64,000 bases of DNA from an uncultured Alphaproteobacteria bacterium (GCA_934232895.1 CAKQGH010000002.1:15287-79286), one strand, 5' to 3'; positions 46,859-57,996 are shown, counted from the first letter of the stretch. A program made the numbers and translations. Notes: generated by a model from the letters alone, not told the origin.

Positions 46859-47956
46859 TTACAGTGTTGTTTTGAATTTTTTAATTGCAAATACCCATAT
46901 TATTGCCCCCACACCCAGCATATACATACATTGGCGCGCGAAATATGCCATATTAGAGCCCTTTAATATAATATTTCGAACCATATATGCATAGTGCGAC
47001 AATGGGTTCACAGAACTGACATATTGCAGAACGGCTGGCATATTTTCGGTTGGAATAATTGCGCCCGACAACATCAGCGACATAAACGCCACAATCACCA
47101 CACCCAGTAACGCCTGTTGCTGTGTATGTGTGTAATTAGACAGCAATACCGCAATTCCAGATGCCGGCACGCAAAACACCAAGAACCCCAACACGAACAT
47201 TAAACCAGAACCCACAAACGGTATTTTGAACACAACCAACCCAATCAGCAATATTGACATCATAATCAAAAAAGACACGGCGATATATGGGAACACTTTG
47301 CCAAAAATAATATCATATTTTGATATTGGGGCGGATACCAGTGTTTCAATTGTTCCGGTTTCTTTTTCTTTGGTAATAGAAATAGTTATCAGAATCAGCA
47401 ATGCCAAAAACACCAAGACCGCAATCAGTGACGGCACCATAAACCATTTTGTATTCAATTCCGGGTTAAACAAAACGCGCATACTGAATGTGATGGGTGA
47501 TGCGGGTAATTGATAATTCATTTCACGCACGGTCGACAACACGACCCCGGCCAGATATCCCTCGATACTTTGTGCCTTTAAAATATTCATTGAATCAATC
47601 AGAATTTGAATTTCGCCATCCCCGCGCATCAATGCCCGCGTCAATCCACCCGATGGCGCCACAATCGCAACATCGGCATCGCCCGATTGCACCACCGACA
47701 CGGCGTCGCGCGTGGTATCATTTGCGCGCACAAACCAACCCGAGCCAATGGCGTGATTGTAAACCTTTTCCATAACGACATCGCCGGGTGCCATATCAAC
47801 CGCCAGACGCAGATTTTTTGCCTCGAGTGTGATTGCGCCGCTGTAAATAATCAATTGAACCGCCGGCATAACCATAACCGCAACCAACAACACCGGGTCA
47901 CGCAACAGTGCAATAATTTCTTTCTTGAAAAATCCCCACAGGTGGCGTCTGTTCAT
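46859..47956 (-). CDS. ABC-2 type transporter permease (YbhR/YbhS-like)
   Basis: Large N-terminal periplasmic loop plus 6 TM ABC-2 domain. Start taken at the ATG overlapping the upstream stop (ATGA). Confidence 0.7.
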   Translation of the reverse strand: MNRRHLWGFFKKEIIALLRDPVLLVAVMVMPAVQLIIYSGAITLEAKNLRLAVDMAPGDVVMEKVYNHAIGSGWFVRANDTTRDAVSVVQSGDADVAIVAPSGGLTRALMRGDGEIQILIDSMNILKAQSIEGYLAGVVLSTVREMNYQLPASPITFSMRVLFNPELNTKWFMVPSLIAVLVFLALLILITISITKEKETGTIETLVSAPISKYDIIFGKVFPYIAVSFLIMMSILLIGLVVFKIPFVGSGLMFVLGFLVFCVPASGIAVLLSNYTHTQQQALLGVVIVAFMSLMLSGAIIPTENMPAVLQYVSSVNPLSHYAYMVRNIILKGSNMAYFARQCMYMLGVGAIIWVFAIKKFKTTL

Positions 47957-49077
47957 TCCAGTGTCCTTTTGAATCGGGTCAAACACGCAACCAGTAATGC
48001 CGCCGCAATTATCGACATTGCCGTAAATTGGTGCCACAATTGGGCGATGGAACTGCCCTTTAAAAATTGGTCGCGGGCAATTTCAATATAGAATCGTGCC
48101 GGGAATATATCGGATACGGCCTGGTATATTTTCCCCATATATTCAACCGGAAATACAAAACCCGATAACACAACCGCCGGCAATAATCCAACAATCAACG
48201 CGAATTGAATGGCAACCTCTTGTTTATGTGTGGAAACCGATATGAACAGTCCCATGGCCAGATATCCCAAAATAAATATTATTGTCGCCAGTGTCAGGGT
48301 TAAATAACTGCCCACAAATGGAACGCCGAACACGGCGCGTGCAACTATGAATACCAAAATAAAGCCGATGAACGACAAAATGGCGTATGGCAAAACCTTG
48401 CCTACAATAATTTCCAGTGTGGTTGCCGGTGTTGATAACAACATTTCCATTGAACCTTTTTCCCATTCGCGGCATATCGTCAGTGTGGTCAGCATAATTG
48501 CCACCAATGCAATAATTACCGCCGACAAACCCGGCACCGAAAACCATCGCGAATTTAATTCTGGGTTAAATAAATACCGCGATTTGAATGTCAATGGCGA
48601 TGCCGACATAAATTGTGGAATGTCCAGAATCTTTTTATATGCGTTTGTATTTATCGTGTTCATATAATTTGTCACGGCGATAATCGACGAATTGTCGGCC
48701 CCGTCGACCATAACCTGGACATTGCCGGTGCGGCCGGCAAAAATTTCGCGTTCAAAATCCGGTGGTACAACCAAAACCGCCCGCGCGCGTTCTGACAGAA
48801 TTTCATCAAATCCATTTTCCGGATTATCGATTGGGAAAGTCTTGAAATAATCAGAACTGCCGAATGTGTCAATCAATTCACGTGAACTTTCCGTGCGGTC
48901 GGCATCATAATATGCGGTTTTAATTGACCGAATGTTGAATTCAATTGAATTGCCCAAAATCAGAACTATGGCCAATGGCAACAGCAACGCGATAATCAAT
49001 GTGAACGGGTCACGCAAAATGTGTTTACATTCTTTGGAAAAAATGGCCGCGGCGCGTTCGCGTGAAAATATTTTCAT
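47953..49077 (-). CDS. ABC-2 type transporter permease (paralog)
   Basis: Same architecture; ATGA overlap with the ATPase gene. Confidence 0.7.
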   Translation of the reverse strand: MKIFSRERAAAIFSKECKHILRDPFTLIIALLLPLAIVLILGNSIEFNIRSIKTAYYDADRTESSRELIDTFGSSDYFKTFPIDNPENGFDEILSERARAVLVVPPDFEREIFAGRTGNVQVMVDGADNSSIIAVTNYMNTINTNAYKKILDIPQFMSASPLTFKSRYLFNPELNSRWFSVPGLSAVIIALVAIMLTTLTICREWEKGSMEMLLSTPATTLEIIVGKVLPYAILSFIGFILVFIVARAVFGVPFVGSYLTLTLATIIFILGYLAMGLFISVSTHKQEVAIQFALIVGLLPAVVLSGFVFPVEYMGKIYQAVSDIFPARFYIEIARDQFLKGSSIAQLWHQFTAMSIIAAALLVACLTRFKRTLE

Positions 49078-49985
49078 CGGTTTTGACCCTCTACCAATCT
49101 GATAAAGACATCTTCCAGTGATGGGGAAATCTTTTTAATATCGAAATATTTTTTATACTTTTGCACCTGGACGGCGGCATCAACACCGTCGCGAAAACGA
49201 ATATGCCAATGGCGTCCGTATGGTTCGCAAATGTCCAATATTTTTTCGGGTGGAAATACTGGATTGTCAACGCGCGGTGTAAAGTTATACAAGGTGTCAC
49301 CGAATGTTTGCTTTTTCAGATTTTGTGGCGAATCAATCGCAATCAATTCGCCCGCGCGCATCAACGCAATGCGATTGCAATTTTCTGCCTCGTCCATATA
49401 ATGGGTGGTGACAAAAATCGTTTTTCCGTCTGCCGCCAGTTTTTTTATCAGCGACCAAAAACGCATACGCGACACCGGTGCAACACCCGCCGTTGGTTCA
49501 TCCAGAAATATAATTTTGGGGTCATGCAACAACGCAACGCACAGTGCAATTTCCTGTTTAATTCCCCCGGGCAGGTCGCGCACAACCATCGATAATTTTT
49601 CATCAAAACCGATAAATTTTAATAACTCGCGCCGGCGACGCAGGTACACACCGCGTGGAATATCACGCAACGCCGCGGCAAAATCGAAATTTTCCTTGAT
49701 AGACAGACCATCATACAATGTAAACCGTTGGGACATATATCCAACGCGCTGTTTTATTATGTTTGCGGTGTCGCTGGTAAATGTGTGGCCATCAATAACG
49801 ACGCGACCGCTGGATGCCGGCAACAGACCGCACAACACGCGTATGGTTGTTGTTTTCCCTGCACCGTTGGCACCCAAAAATCCAAATATTTCGCCCGGTG
49901 CAACATGAAACGATACATCACGCACCGCACAGAAATCGCCAAAGCGCACATACAAATTTGACACATCAACAATGCATTTCGTCAT
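49074..49985 (-). CDS. ABC transporter ATP-binding protein
   Basis: Walker A 'GANGAGKTT', signature 'LPGGIKQ', Walker B 'IFLDEPT'. Confidence 0.8.
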   Translation of the reverse strand: MTKCIVDVSNLYVRFGDFCAVRDVSFHVAPGEIFGFLGANGAGKTTTIRVLCGLLPASSGRVVIDGHTFTSDTANIIKQRVGYMSQRFTLYDGLSIKENFDFAAALRDIPRGVYLRRRRELLKFIGFDEKLSMVVRDLPGGIKQEIALCVALLHDPKIIFLDEPTAGVAPVSRMRFWSLIKKLAADGKTIFVTTHYMDEAENCNRIALMRAGELIAIDSPQNLKKQTFGDTLYNFTPRVDNPVFPPEKILDICEPYGRHWHIRFRDGVDAAVQVQKYKKYFDIKKISPSLEDVFIRLVEGQNR

Positions 49986-50713
49986 TTTGCGCCCCCGCGT
50001 TTCAAGAAATATTCATCAAAGTTTGCCGCGTGCGATGTACGCAACAATTCGCGTGGTTCGCCCGCGCCCAAAACATGCCCGCGTTCCATCAATACAACCG
50101 CGCCGCAACGTTCGGCCTCGTCCATATATGCGGTGGTCATAATAACCAAAATTCCCTGTTGTTGGGCACTGTGCAATAAATCCCAGAATTCGCGTCGACT
50201 GATTGGGTCAACACCATTTGTCGGTTCGTCCAGCAACATTACGCGCGGGCTGCGCAACAATGCACAAATCAGCCCCAATTTTTTATACATTCCGCCCGAC
50301 AAATTTCCCGCCGGTCGGTCCAAAAACTTTTCCAATCGCGCCATCCGCAATAATTCGGATTTTTTGCGTTTGTATTCGGCATCTGGAATTCCGTACAGCC
50401 GCCGGAAAAAATCCAAATGCTCTTCAACCGACAAATCGGCATATAAACTTTGACTTTGGGGCATATATGCAATCAGTGCGCGCGCATCTTCGAAATCAAT
50501 GGGCGCGCCATTTGATGTATATGTTATTGTGCCAGAATTTTGCTTCATCAGATGCAACATCAAACGGAACAGGGTGGTTTTTCCCGCGCCCGCCGGCCCA
50601 ATTACGCCGTACAATGTTCCCGCATTAAATTGCATAGAAACATCATCCAGTGCGACAATACTGCCGAACCGTTTTGATATGTGCGAAATATCTATGTCGA
50701 TGCTTTTATTCAT
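49982..50713 (-). CDS. ABC transporter ATP-binding protein
   Basis: Walker A 'GPAGAGKTT', signature 'LSGGMYKK', Walker B 'MLLDEPT'. Confidence 0.8.
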   Translation of the reverse strand: MNKSIDIDISHISKRFGSIVALDDVSMQFNAGTLYGVIGPAGAGKTTLFRLMLHLMKQNSGTITYTSNGAPIDFEDARALIAYMPQSQSLYADLSVEEHLDFFRRLYGIPDAEYKRKKSELLRMARLEKFLDRPAGNLSGGMYKKLGLICALLRSPRVMLLDEPTNGVDPISRREFWDLLHSAQQQGILVIMTTAYMDEAERCGAVVLMERGHVLGAGEPRELLRTSHAANFDEYFLKRGGAK

Positions 50714-51455
50714 TTAACAATGTGCTTTCGATTGTCATACCAGATTTCAGTGTTAAATCAGAATTGTCGAACTTTACCTTGACACCATATACCAACCGGG
50801 TGCGCTCGGCACGGGTTTGAACATTTTTAGGGGTAAATTCGGCCTGTTCATTTATTTTGATAATGCGGCCAGAAAATGTTTTTCCGGGGGCCTCGGGCAA
50901 TATGCCGGTGACGGTATCGCCAACATTTATTTTGTGCAACATATCGTATGGAACATAGAAATATGCCCAAATGTCATACGGATTGGCCAATGATACCAGT
51001 GTTGTGCCCGGGGCAACAACTTCGCCAACCTCGCGGAATTTGGTGATGACCATACCATCAATCGGGGATACAACATTGCACCATGATAATTTCAGGTCGT
51101 TATCCTGTTTATTGCGGGCAATAACATCATATTCGGCCTGGGACATGTGCCCCTTGGCAATCAGTGCATCGGCGCGTTCATAATCATTATCCAATTGTTT
51201 TGCCAAAATTTTATACGCATCGCATGACATAGACATCAATGGTTGGTCGCGGGTAATTGTGTCGCCCTCGGCCACATAGAATTCAGAAATATCCGATGCC
51301 ACACGCGACGAAATTATAACCTTGGTCGTTTCCAGTGTTCCGGCATACGAAAAAGGCCGATGACCAATAATATATTTTGCCGTACCAAATGCCACGACCA
51401 GTATTGCAGCCACAATTATCGCCATACGCAGAACTTTTCGCTGTTGTGTTTTCAT
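50706..51455 (-). CDS. HlyD-family membrane fusion (periplasmic adaptor) protein
   Basis: N-terminal TM anchor; biotinyl-lipoyl-like and beta-barrel segments; first gene of the efflux operon. Confidence 0.7.
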   Translation of the reverse strand: MKTQQRKVLRMAIIVAAILVVAFGTAKYIIGHRPFSYAGTLETTKVIISSRVASDISEFYVAEGDTITRDQPLMSMSCDAYKILAKQLDNDYERADALIAKGHMSQAEYDVIARNKQDNDLKLSWCNVVSPIDGMVITKFREVGEVVAPGTTLVSLANPYDIWAYFYVPYDMLHKINVGDTVTGILPEAPGKTFSGRIIKINEQAEFTPKNVQTRAERTRLVYGVKVKFDNSDLTLKSGMTIESTLLNE

Positions 51456-51827
51456 TGTATTTATCCCCCCCTGGATTATTCCATTATCGCAAATTTACCA
51501 TGGTGTGCCCCCAAGTATAAATTCCGATTTATTTTGCGTTGAAATTATCATTTACAAAAAGTTATTACAAGAAAATTATTATGATTTATAATAATTTTTT
51601 TCTTGCAATGTATCAGGCGGGCGCAAATGGGCAATTTGTACTTTACTTTTACGAAAAAATTGTCATAATAATGACGCTTGGTAAAAAGCAAATCCGGTCA
51701 AACAAAAATATGAAAGTAATGAATTTGAAAAAATTTTTATAAAGACGCGTGCGACCATCAAATTTAACGACGGACGCACCATTTTGCGTCCGTTTTTTAT
51801 AAAAAAGCATGAAAAGGAAAACAAGAA

Positions 51828-53294
51828 ATGGCAGATAACACGAATATGTCGACCAATGAATTACAGGCGCGCCTGCAAAAGGCGGAAAACATCCGTGCCC
51901 GCGATGGTGTTGTATGGAAAGACAAATTTGATCGCACACACACAATTTCAGATGCACGCGAATTGGCGGATGGCACACCGGTTAAATTGGCGGGGCGCGT
52001 GACGGCACTGCGTTGGTTGGGTAAATTGATGTTTGGCCGCATTTATGATATTGCCGGTGAAATTCAGTTTTCTATGTCCCGCGAAGAATTGGGCGAAGAA
52101 CAATATAAATTTATGAAGGCGAACGTTGACCTGGGTGATTTTATCGGAATTGATGGCGAATTGTATCACACAACCGCGGGTGAATTGACCGTGCGCGTTG
52201 CAAAATATACCATTTTATCCAAGGCATTGCGTCCGTTGCCGGAAAAATTCCATGGTCTGACTGATACCGAAACCCGTTATCGCCAGCGCTATTTGGATAT
52301 TATTTCCAACCCAGAAACCCGTAAAACATTGCTGGGCCGGTTCAAGATGACGCAATATTGGCGTGAATTTATGAACAATAACGGATTTTTGGAAATTGAA
52401 ACCCCGGTTATGCAAAATGTTGCATCTGGTGCGGCGGCGCGTCCGTTCTTGACGCATCACAACGCGTTGGATGCGGATTTTCAGTTGCGTATTTCCCCGG
52501 AATTGTTCTTGAAATTGGCAAATTGTGCCGGGTTTGACCGTGTGTACGAGGTTGCCAAGGATTTCCGTAACGAGGGTATGGATGCCATGCACCTGCAAGA
52601 ATTCACAATGGTGGAATGGTATGCGGCGTATTGGGATTGGAAACGCAATTTGAAATTCACATGGGATTTGATTCAGAATCTGATTCAGCGTTGCCGTGGC
52701 ACATTGCAAATTTCGTACCAGGGCACTGAACTGGATTTCAGCAAATATGAAATGGTAGATTACACCGCGAAAATGAACGAATTGTTTGGTTGCAACATTT
52801 TGGATTTTGATGATGTTGATGCATTGCGCAAACAGTTGGTTGACCAGGGTATGTTCCCGGCGGGCGAACTGGATGACCTGAAATCCGTACCGACATTGGT
52901 TGATTATGTATATAAACGCAAGATTCGCGACAGCATTGTCCAGCCTACATTCCTATACAATTATCCGACATACATGGTACCATTGGCGCGTCACAGCGAT
53001 GCGGACGACCGTTGTCTGGATATGTTCCAATTGTTGGTATGTGGCGCCGAATTATGCAAGGGTTATTCCGAATTGGTCAACCCGATACAGCAATTGGCGG
53101 CATTTGAACAACAGGCGAAAAACATTGCCGGTGGTGACGAAGAGGCATTTAACCCCGACAACGATTATGTTCGCGCGATGGAACACGGATTCCCGCCGAT
53201 TTCGGGCGTTGGCGTTGGTGTTGACCGTTTGGCCAGCATCATATTCGACCAGCCAACCCTGCGCGATGTTATTCTGTTCCCGATTATGAAATAA
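51828..53294 (+). CDS. lysS: lysine--tRNA ligase (class II)
   Basis: Class II motifs; 'FLEIETPVMQ', 'GGDEEAFNPDNDYVRAMEHGFPPISGVGVGVDRL'. Confidence 0.9.
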   Translation: MADNTNMSTNELQARLQKAENIRARDGVVWKDKFDRTHTISDARELADGTPVKLAGRVTALRWLGKLMFGRIYDIAGEIQFSMSREELGEEQYKFMKANVDLGDFIGIDGELYHTTAGELTVRVAKYTILSKALRPLPEKFHGLTDTETRYRQRYLDIISNPETRKTLLGRFKMTQYWREFMNNNGFLEIETPVMQNVASGAAARPFLTHHNALDADFQLRISPELFLKLANCAGFDRVYEVAKDFRNEGMDAMHLQEFTMVEWYAAYWDWKRNLKFTWDLIQNLIQRCRGTLQISYQGTELDFSKYEMVDYTAKMNELFGCNILDFDDVDALRKQLVDQGMFPAGELDDLKSVPTLVDYVYKRKIRDSIVQPTFLYNYPTYMVPLARHSDADDRCLDMFQLLVCGAELCKGYSELVNPIQQLAAFEQQAKNIAGGDEEAFNPDNDYVRAMEHGFPPISGVGVGVDRLASIIFDQPTLRDVILFPIMK

Positions 53295-53316
53295 TACAGC
53301 CCAAGGAAAATAAATT

Positions 53317-54714
53317 ATGTCTGAACCCGACTCCGATATATTTAACATTGTTGCCGCCCGCGACCGCAAAAATTTGGCAACTATCGAGGCCGCACGCGCA
53401 TCTGGTCGTATAAATGATGCCGCCGCCCAATATTTATCGGTATTGTATTCAGACAGTATGAAATGGTGTCGCGAGGTTTTCTATTTCCTGGGCAAATGTT
53501 TTGGTGCGCCCAAGGCACCCGTTATGCAATACGACTATGCCACCGACAGTGCGATTGATGCGCCAATGAAAATTCACGACATCAACCCATTGTCGCCGTA
53601 CATTGTGCATCATCGTTTGGATGCCGACCCAATGCGTAATCAGTTTTTTACCAGTGGGGCGGGGCACAAAATTGACCTGGCGGTGTCGTCAATTGTGACG
53701 GTCATTGTCGGTGCCCAGAAAAACATTGATCGTGCGCTGGATAAAATCACGGGGAAATATTATGCATCGTATGTGAACGAGGTTGCATCCACCGTATATC
53801 GCGTTATTGCCAGCCACGAACGCGAGGCATCGGCCCGCGCCATTGCGGATAAAATTCGCGACAAATTGAACGAGAAATATATTTCCACCCCATCGGAAAC
53901 GGTGCTGTCCATTATCGGGTCGGGGCACGAACAAATTGCGGTGGAATTGGTACGTGCGCTGGATAAAATTCGCCCGCCGCGCCATCGTTTACAGGATGTA
54001 TGGCGTGTGAAATGCCTGTTCGATTTGATTCCCCAGGCGCGAACATTCATTGAACGCGTGCGCGAAATGATGCCGGAACGCGTCTTGTCGGTGCGTGATA
54101 ATTTCTATGATATGGAAAACCCGCGTAATTATCGCGATGCCAAATTGATAATCGACATTGGCACCGGCGGTATGGTTGTGCCCATGGAAATTATATGCCA
54201 GGTTCGTACATTCTTTGAATACGAACGCAAAACGCACGCGCACTATGAAATCTCGCGCAAAAGTGGCGGCGCAAAAAGTAAAAGCATTGAACGCCGCTTG
54301 GCCGATTTTATGGAAGACGGGGCAAAAGAATACAATCTGTTGATATGCCAGTGTTTGGCCGAATTGTTCGACCGCGTTGGATGGAACATTTTGTACGGCC
54401 AGGGTGACGCATCGCTTTTGTTCGAAGGTTTCCCGAAAAAATGCACACTGTATTACCCGCCGCATGTTGTTGAACGCATAATTTCAAAATTGCAAGACGC
54501 CATTGAGAACGAGGTTTTTCACATTACCGATTCCCCGGCCAAATTGACCCCGGTCCAGGAATATGACATTTTCCGTTTTATGGCGACATTTGTTTTGGTT
54601 GCGGCAATGCCGTATGCATATCGTGATTGGTCGGTTCCGTCGGATACATTGGCGGGTCGTCTGTTTAACTTTGTTATGACCGAGGTCCAGCGTTATTATA
54701 AAAAATCCGAGTAA
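53317..54714 (+). CDS. hypothetical cytosolic protein (465 aa) with no recognisable domain
   Basis: Strong RBS aaggaaaa; no signal peptide. Confidence 0.4.
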   Translation: MSEPDSDIFNIVAARDRKNLATIEAARASGRINDAAAQYLSVLYSDSMKWCREVFYFLGKCFGAPKAPVMQYDYATDSAIDAPMKIHDINPLSPYIVHHRLDADPMRNQFFTSGAGHKIDLAVSSIVTVIVGAQKNIDRALDKITGKYYASYVNEVASTVYRVIASHEREASARAIADKIRDKLNEKYISTPSETVLSIIGSGHEQIAVELVRALDKIRPPRHRLQDVWRVKCLFDLIPQARTFIERVREMMPERVLSVRDNFYDMENPRNYRDAKLIIDIGTGGMVVPMEIICQVRTFFEYERKTHAHYEISRKSGGAKSKSIERRLADFMEDGAKEYNLLICQCLAELFDRVGWNILYGQGDASLLFEGFPKKCTLYYPPHVVERIISKLQDAIENEVFHITDSPAKLTPVQEYDIFRFMATFVLVAAMPYAYRDWSVPSDTLAGRLFNFVMTEVQRYYKKSE

Positions 54715-54738
54715 TTTTGCGGGTGCGAACAAATAAAA

Positions 54739-54770
54739 ATGCGGGCATTTTGCCCGCATTTATTTTTTTA
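54739..54770 (+). terminator. rho-independent terminator
   Basis: aaaaatgcgggcattttgcccgcatttattttttt. Confidence 0.7.
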
Positions 54771-54910
54771 CCGGGCGCAATTATATCATAAATCGCGATA
54801 AAATCCTAGGAAAGTTATTTCCTTGCAAAAAAATCTCATTTCAGTCAAAATTATACCAGGTTCTTGAAAGGGTTGCAGAACCATAACAAGCATAACAAAG
54901 GACAACGATT

Positions 54911-55255
54911 ATGCGTCAAGGTAAAGTAAAATGGTATAACGGTAAAAAATGCTTTGGTTTCATCACACCAGATGCGCCAAATGCGGATGGTAATACGGAT
55001 GATGTATTTGTTCATTCCAGTGCACTGAAAGCAGCAGGTATCAGATTCCTGAACGAAAACGACATTGTCGAATTTGACGAAGAAGTTCGCAACGGCAAAT
55101 TGTCGGTGACCGAATTGAAATTGATTCAACGTGACGAAGAATCCGCCCGCCGGTTCCACGAACGCCGTGCGGAACACCGTCGTGCAATCGAAGACAGAAA
55201 GCAGCGCGAGGAAAAATCAACGCGTCGCGGATTTGCATTCTGGAAAAAATCATAA
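54911..55255 (+). CDS. cold-shock domain protein with a basic C-terminal extension
   Basis: 'GKVKWYNGKKCFGFITPD' CSD RNP motifs. Confidence 0.8.
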   Translation: MRQGKVKWYNGKKCFGFITPDAPNADGNTDDVFVHSSALKAAGIRFLNENDIVEFDEEVRNGKLSVTELKLIQRDEESARRFHERRAEHRRAIEDRKQREEKSTRRGFAFWKKS

Positions 55256-55290
55256 AAAACGGGGCCCCGCCCCGTTTTTTTATTCCCCAC
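55255..55290 (+). terminator. rho-independent terminator
   Basis: aaaaaacggggccccgccccgtttttttatt. Confidence 0.7.
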
Positions 55291-55858
55291 CAGGAACCAC
55301 CCACAAAATCTGACGATTTCGCGGGGCCCGGGTCGGGGTGGCACGGAGTGCCGGGGGAGGGTTATTGTTAAAGAGCAATGATTGTGCTCGCATTTGCTCG
55401 CAACACCATATACCTGGATTCCGGGGTCAAGCCCCGGAATGACAAGGTCTGGGTACTTCTTTCCTTTTACGGATATTATTAAAATTTTGGTTGTGGACTT
55501 TCACGTATGTGTCATCCCGGTGCTTGACACCGGGATCCAGGTGAATATATGTGCGCGGAACGCGCCTATCTTATTGTCATTCCTGCGTAGGCAGGAATAG
55601 GGACTATACAGTGCGAGTGTCAACGAGCCAAACACAGAATATTGCGGAATACGGTAATATTGGTATACGCCACCTTTTACCAAATATTGTACAACAATGA
55701 ACGAGAGCAATTTTCAAGACCCTATTCCTGCCTACGCAGGAATGACAATAGCAAGCGCGCCGAATGGCGCGCAACATTGCGCTCTGCTCTCCTGGTCGCG
55801 GCGGAGCGTCAGCGGAGACGGATGCTCTTTGCTCTCCCGCCCCTGTGGGGCGGGCGGA
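55291..55858. repeat. repeat-rich intergenic region (RPE-like units and a MITE copy)
   Basis: AGAGCAR-like motif; 'tcattccggggcttgaccccggaatcc'-like hairpins; MITE at 55576-55746; 'gctctgctctc' repeats. Confidence 0.7.
55576..55746. mobile_element. MITE-like element copy 2 (interior in the opposite orientation to copy 3)
   Basis: TIRs 'gtcattcctgcgtaggcaggaataggg'/'ccctattcctgcctacgcaggaatgac'. Confidence 0.8.
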
Positions 55859-57976
55859 TTAGTCGCCGGCATAGAATATTGGTACGCCGGTTGGTAAATT
55901 AAAGCATCCGTGTTTGTCGCAAAACAATGTGCCGTCCTTGCCTCCCTTCATATAACATTGTTTTATATCAGTTGAACCAGCATCGCTGGTCGAGCCCGCC
56001 GGACACGCGCCGCAAGATTTACCATCACCCTTCTTGTAATAACCAGCATCGCACCCCAGGGTATAGGTACATTTTGCCTTGGTGGTGGCATCATAATTAA
56101 CCCTGGATGCACCGGCCGTAAACTTACCATTATCGGTCGTTGGTTTCTTGTCGCTGTCGTTGCACAGGGCATAGCACGATGTTTCATCACCTGTTCCACC
56201 ATCCGATTTGTTCCAATAATCCGTTTTGCTATCACTGTCCGTTAACTCGCTGCACGATTTGCACTTTTGGGCCTCAACGCTCATATCCAACCGGGCATAA
56301 CGATAATACTGTGCTTTACACGATAATTCTACCTGGCATAAACTGCCAATCTTTCTGGTGACAGTTGTGGCCGCACCAGATTGCAATCGCCACGTACCAT
56401 TGTTGCCAGATTTTGCATTCAAATCCGCAACGCGCTCCGAACATTTAGCATAACAATTGTCGGCGCTCTCGCGTGGTAAATTAGAATGCTTATAATAATT
56501 CGTCACAGGGTTGGAACAAACGCCCCCATTCTGTAAACAAACCTCTACATTGGAACATTCGTGCGCCACAGGGTCATTGTCCGCACTATACTGTCCATCC
56601 TTAACCGGCTTGCATGTGCCATCCTGGGCGGCATATCCCAAGATACAACGCGTGACATTTATCTCGGCATCGTTCCATTTTGTGTTGCCATTGTTCTTGT
56701 CACCAGACGCGTATGTTTTGGTTATGGTTGCTGTTCCAATTTCATTGCCTGTACCATTATAAAGCGTCACGCCAGTTGACACACACTTGCACCCAGTATT
56801 TGCATTCCAGTCCTCTTTGTCCGCGTTCCATGTAATATTGGTGCCACTGATTGTGTTCGTACTGCCCCCTGTGCAGTCCAACAGGTCCGCATTGCATTTT
56901 CCAGTATCCGATATACATGTACCATATTTACGGCCGGTACAGTGGTCATTATCTGTCTTTACTGGTGTTTGCAGGTGGTATCCCGCCGAGCATTCGTATA
57001 CGCGCAATGAGGATGAAGGATATGTTCCACTGGTTTCATTCAAAATCGTGTATCCCTTGGTCGCGTTCGTCCCCTCTGGGAACCCAGTTGTCTGTTCTTG
57101 GGTATAACGAAAACAACCTGTTTTACCCTCGGTAGCATCTATGGAAGAAGTGCGACACTCGTCAAAAGACAGTGCCGAGTTGACACAACGATAAAAGGTT
57201 GTCGACGGGCCACCAGTGGGACTTCTCAAAGTATATGAGCATACGTGTTTTCCACTTGGGCATGAATGCGGCGTGACCAGTTTATACCCCTCGCACTTGT
57301 TCGTTGAATTCTGACATGTTTTCGGAATGCATTCCTTGGGATAGGTTACGGTAGATTCCTCGTATGTCGCAACACCAACCAATTTGGCACTGTCAGAACC
57401 ACATGTTGCAACACAACTATTACTATCAAACGTACCGCCCTGTCCACTGGTCCAATAATTGGTATATGTTTTTCCATCTATGGTTATTTGTAAACTCGAA
57501 CATGCCGGGCAAGTATATCCTGAGCCATTGTATACCATGTAATGATTGCTATCACAGCGCAAACTGTACGAACATTTACTTTTCGTTGTGGCGTTATAGT
57601 ATACTTTCTCCTCACTGCTCACCTTACAATACCCGCCGTCTACTTTGCCATAGTACGGGCAATCGGTTGTATTTTTCTTGGCATTACAATCCGCATAACA
57701 CACACTGGCTATTTTTGGCGTGTCGTCGCCATCCGACTTATTCCAATAGCCTTTATTGTTTTTATCATCCACCAGCGTATCACACGATAGGCAAGTTCCA
57801 CCAGTTCCATAGCTATTTGCATCACAGCCGATACATGTCCCCAACGTTGACCACCCACACCCCATGCCCTTACAAATATAGTCTTTTTCAATATCCTCAC
57901 ATCTTTGTTCTGCAACCGCCAACTTTATGTGACCAACAAATATTGCGAATATCGCTAGCAATAATATCTTTTTCAT
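55859..57976 (-). CDS. large secreted cysteine-rich repeat protein (705 aa; CXXC-rich; duplicated 'YWNKSDG' module)
   Basis: Signal peptide MKKILLLAIFAIFVGHIKLAVA; >70 Cys; internal duplication of the 'C..C..L.D....K..YWNKSDG' module. Confidence 0.6.
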   Translation of the reverse strand: MKKILLLAIFAIFVGHIKLAVAEQRCEDIEKDYICKGMGCGWSTLGTCIGCDANSYGTGGTCLSCDTLVDDKNNKGYWNKSDGDDTPKIASVCYADCNAKKNTTDCPYYGKVDGGYCKVSSEEKVYYNATTKSKCSYSLRCDSNHYMVYNGSGYTCPACSSLQITIDGKTYTNYWTSGQGGTFDSNSCVATCGSDSAKLVGVATYEESTVTYPKECIPKTCQNSTNKCEGYKLVTPHSCPSGKHVCSYTLRSPTGGPSTTFYRCVNSALSFDECRTSSIDATEGKTGCFRYTQEQTTGFPEGTNATKGYTILNETSGTYPSSSLRVYECSAGYHLQTPVKTDNDHCTGRKYGTCISDTGKCNADLLDCTGGSTNTISGTNITWNADKEDWNANTGCKCVSTGVTLYNGTGNEIGTATITKTYASGDKNNGNTKWNDAEINVTRCILGYAAQDGTCKPVKDGQYSADNDPVAHECSNVEVCLQNGGVCSNPVTNYYKHSNLPRESADNCYAKCSERVADLNAKSGNNGTWRLQSGAATTVTRKIGSLCQVELSCKAQYYRYARLDMSVEAQKCKSCSELTDSDSKTDYWNKSDGGTGDETSCYALCNDSDKKPTTDNGKFTAGASRVNYDATTKAKCTYTLGCDAGYYKKGDGKSCGACPAGSTSDAGSTDIKQCYMKGGKDGTLFCDKHGCFNLPTGVPIFYAGD

Positions 57977-57996
57977 CCCTGGGGCTCCCTGCTATA

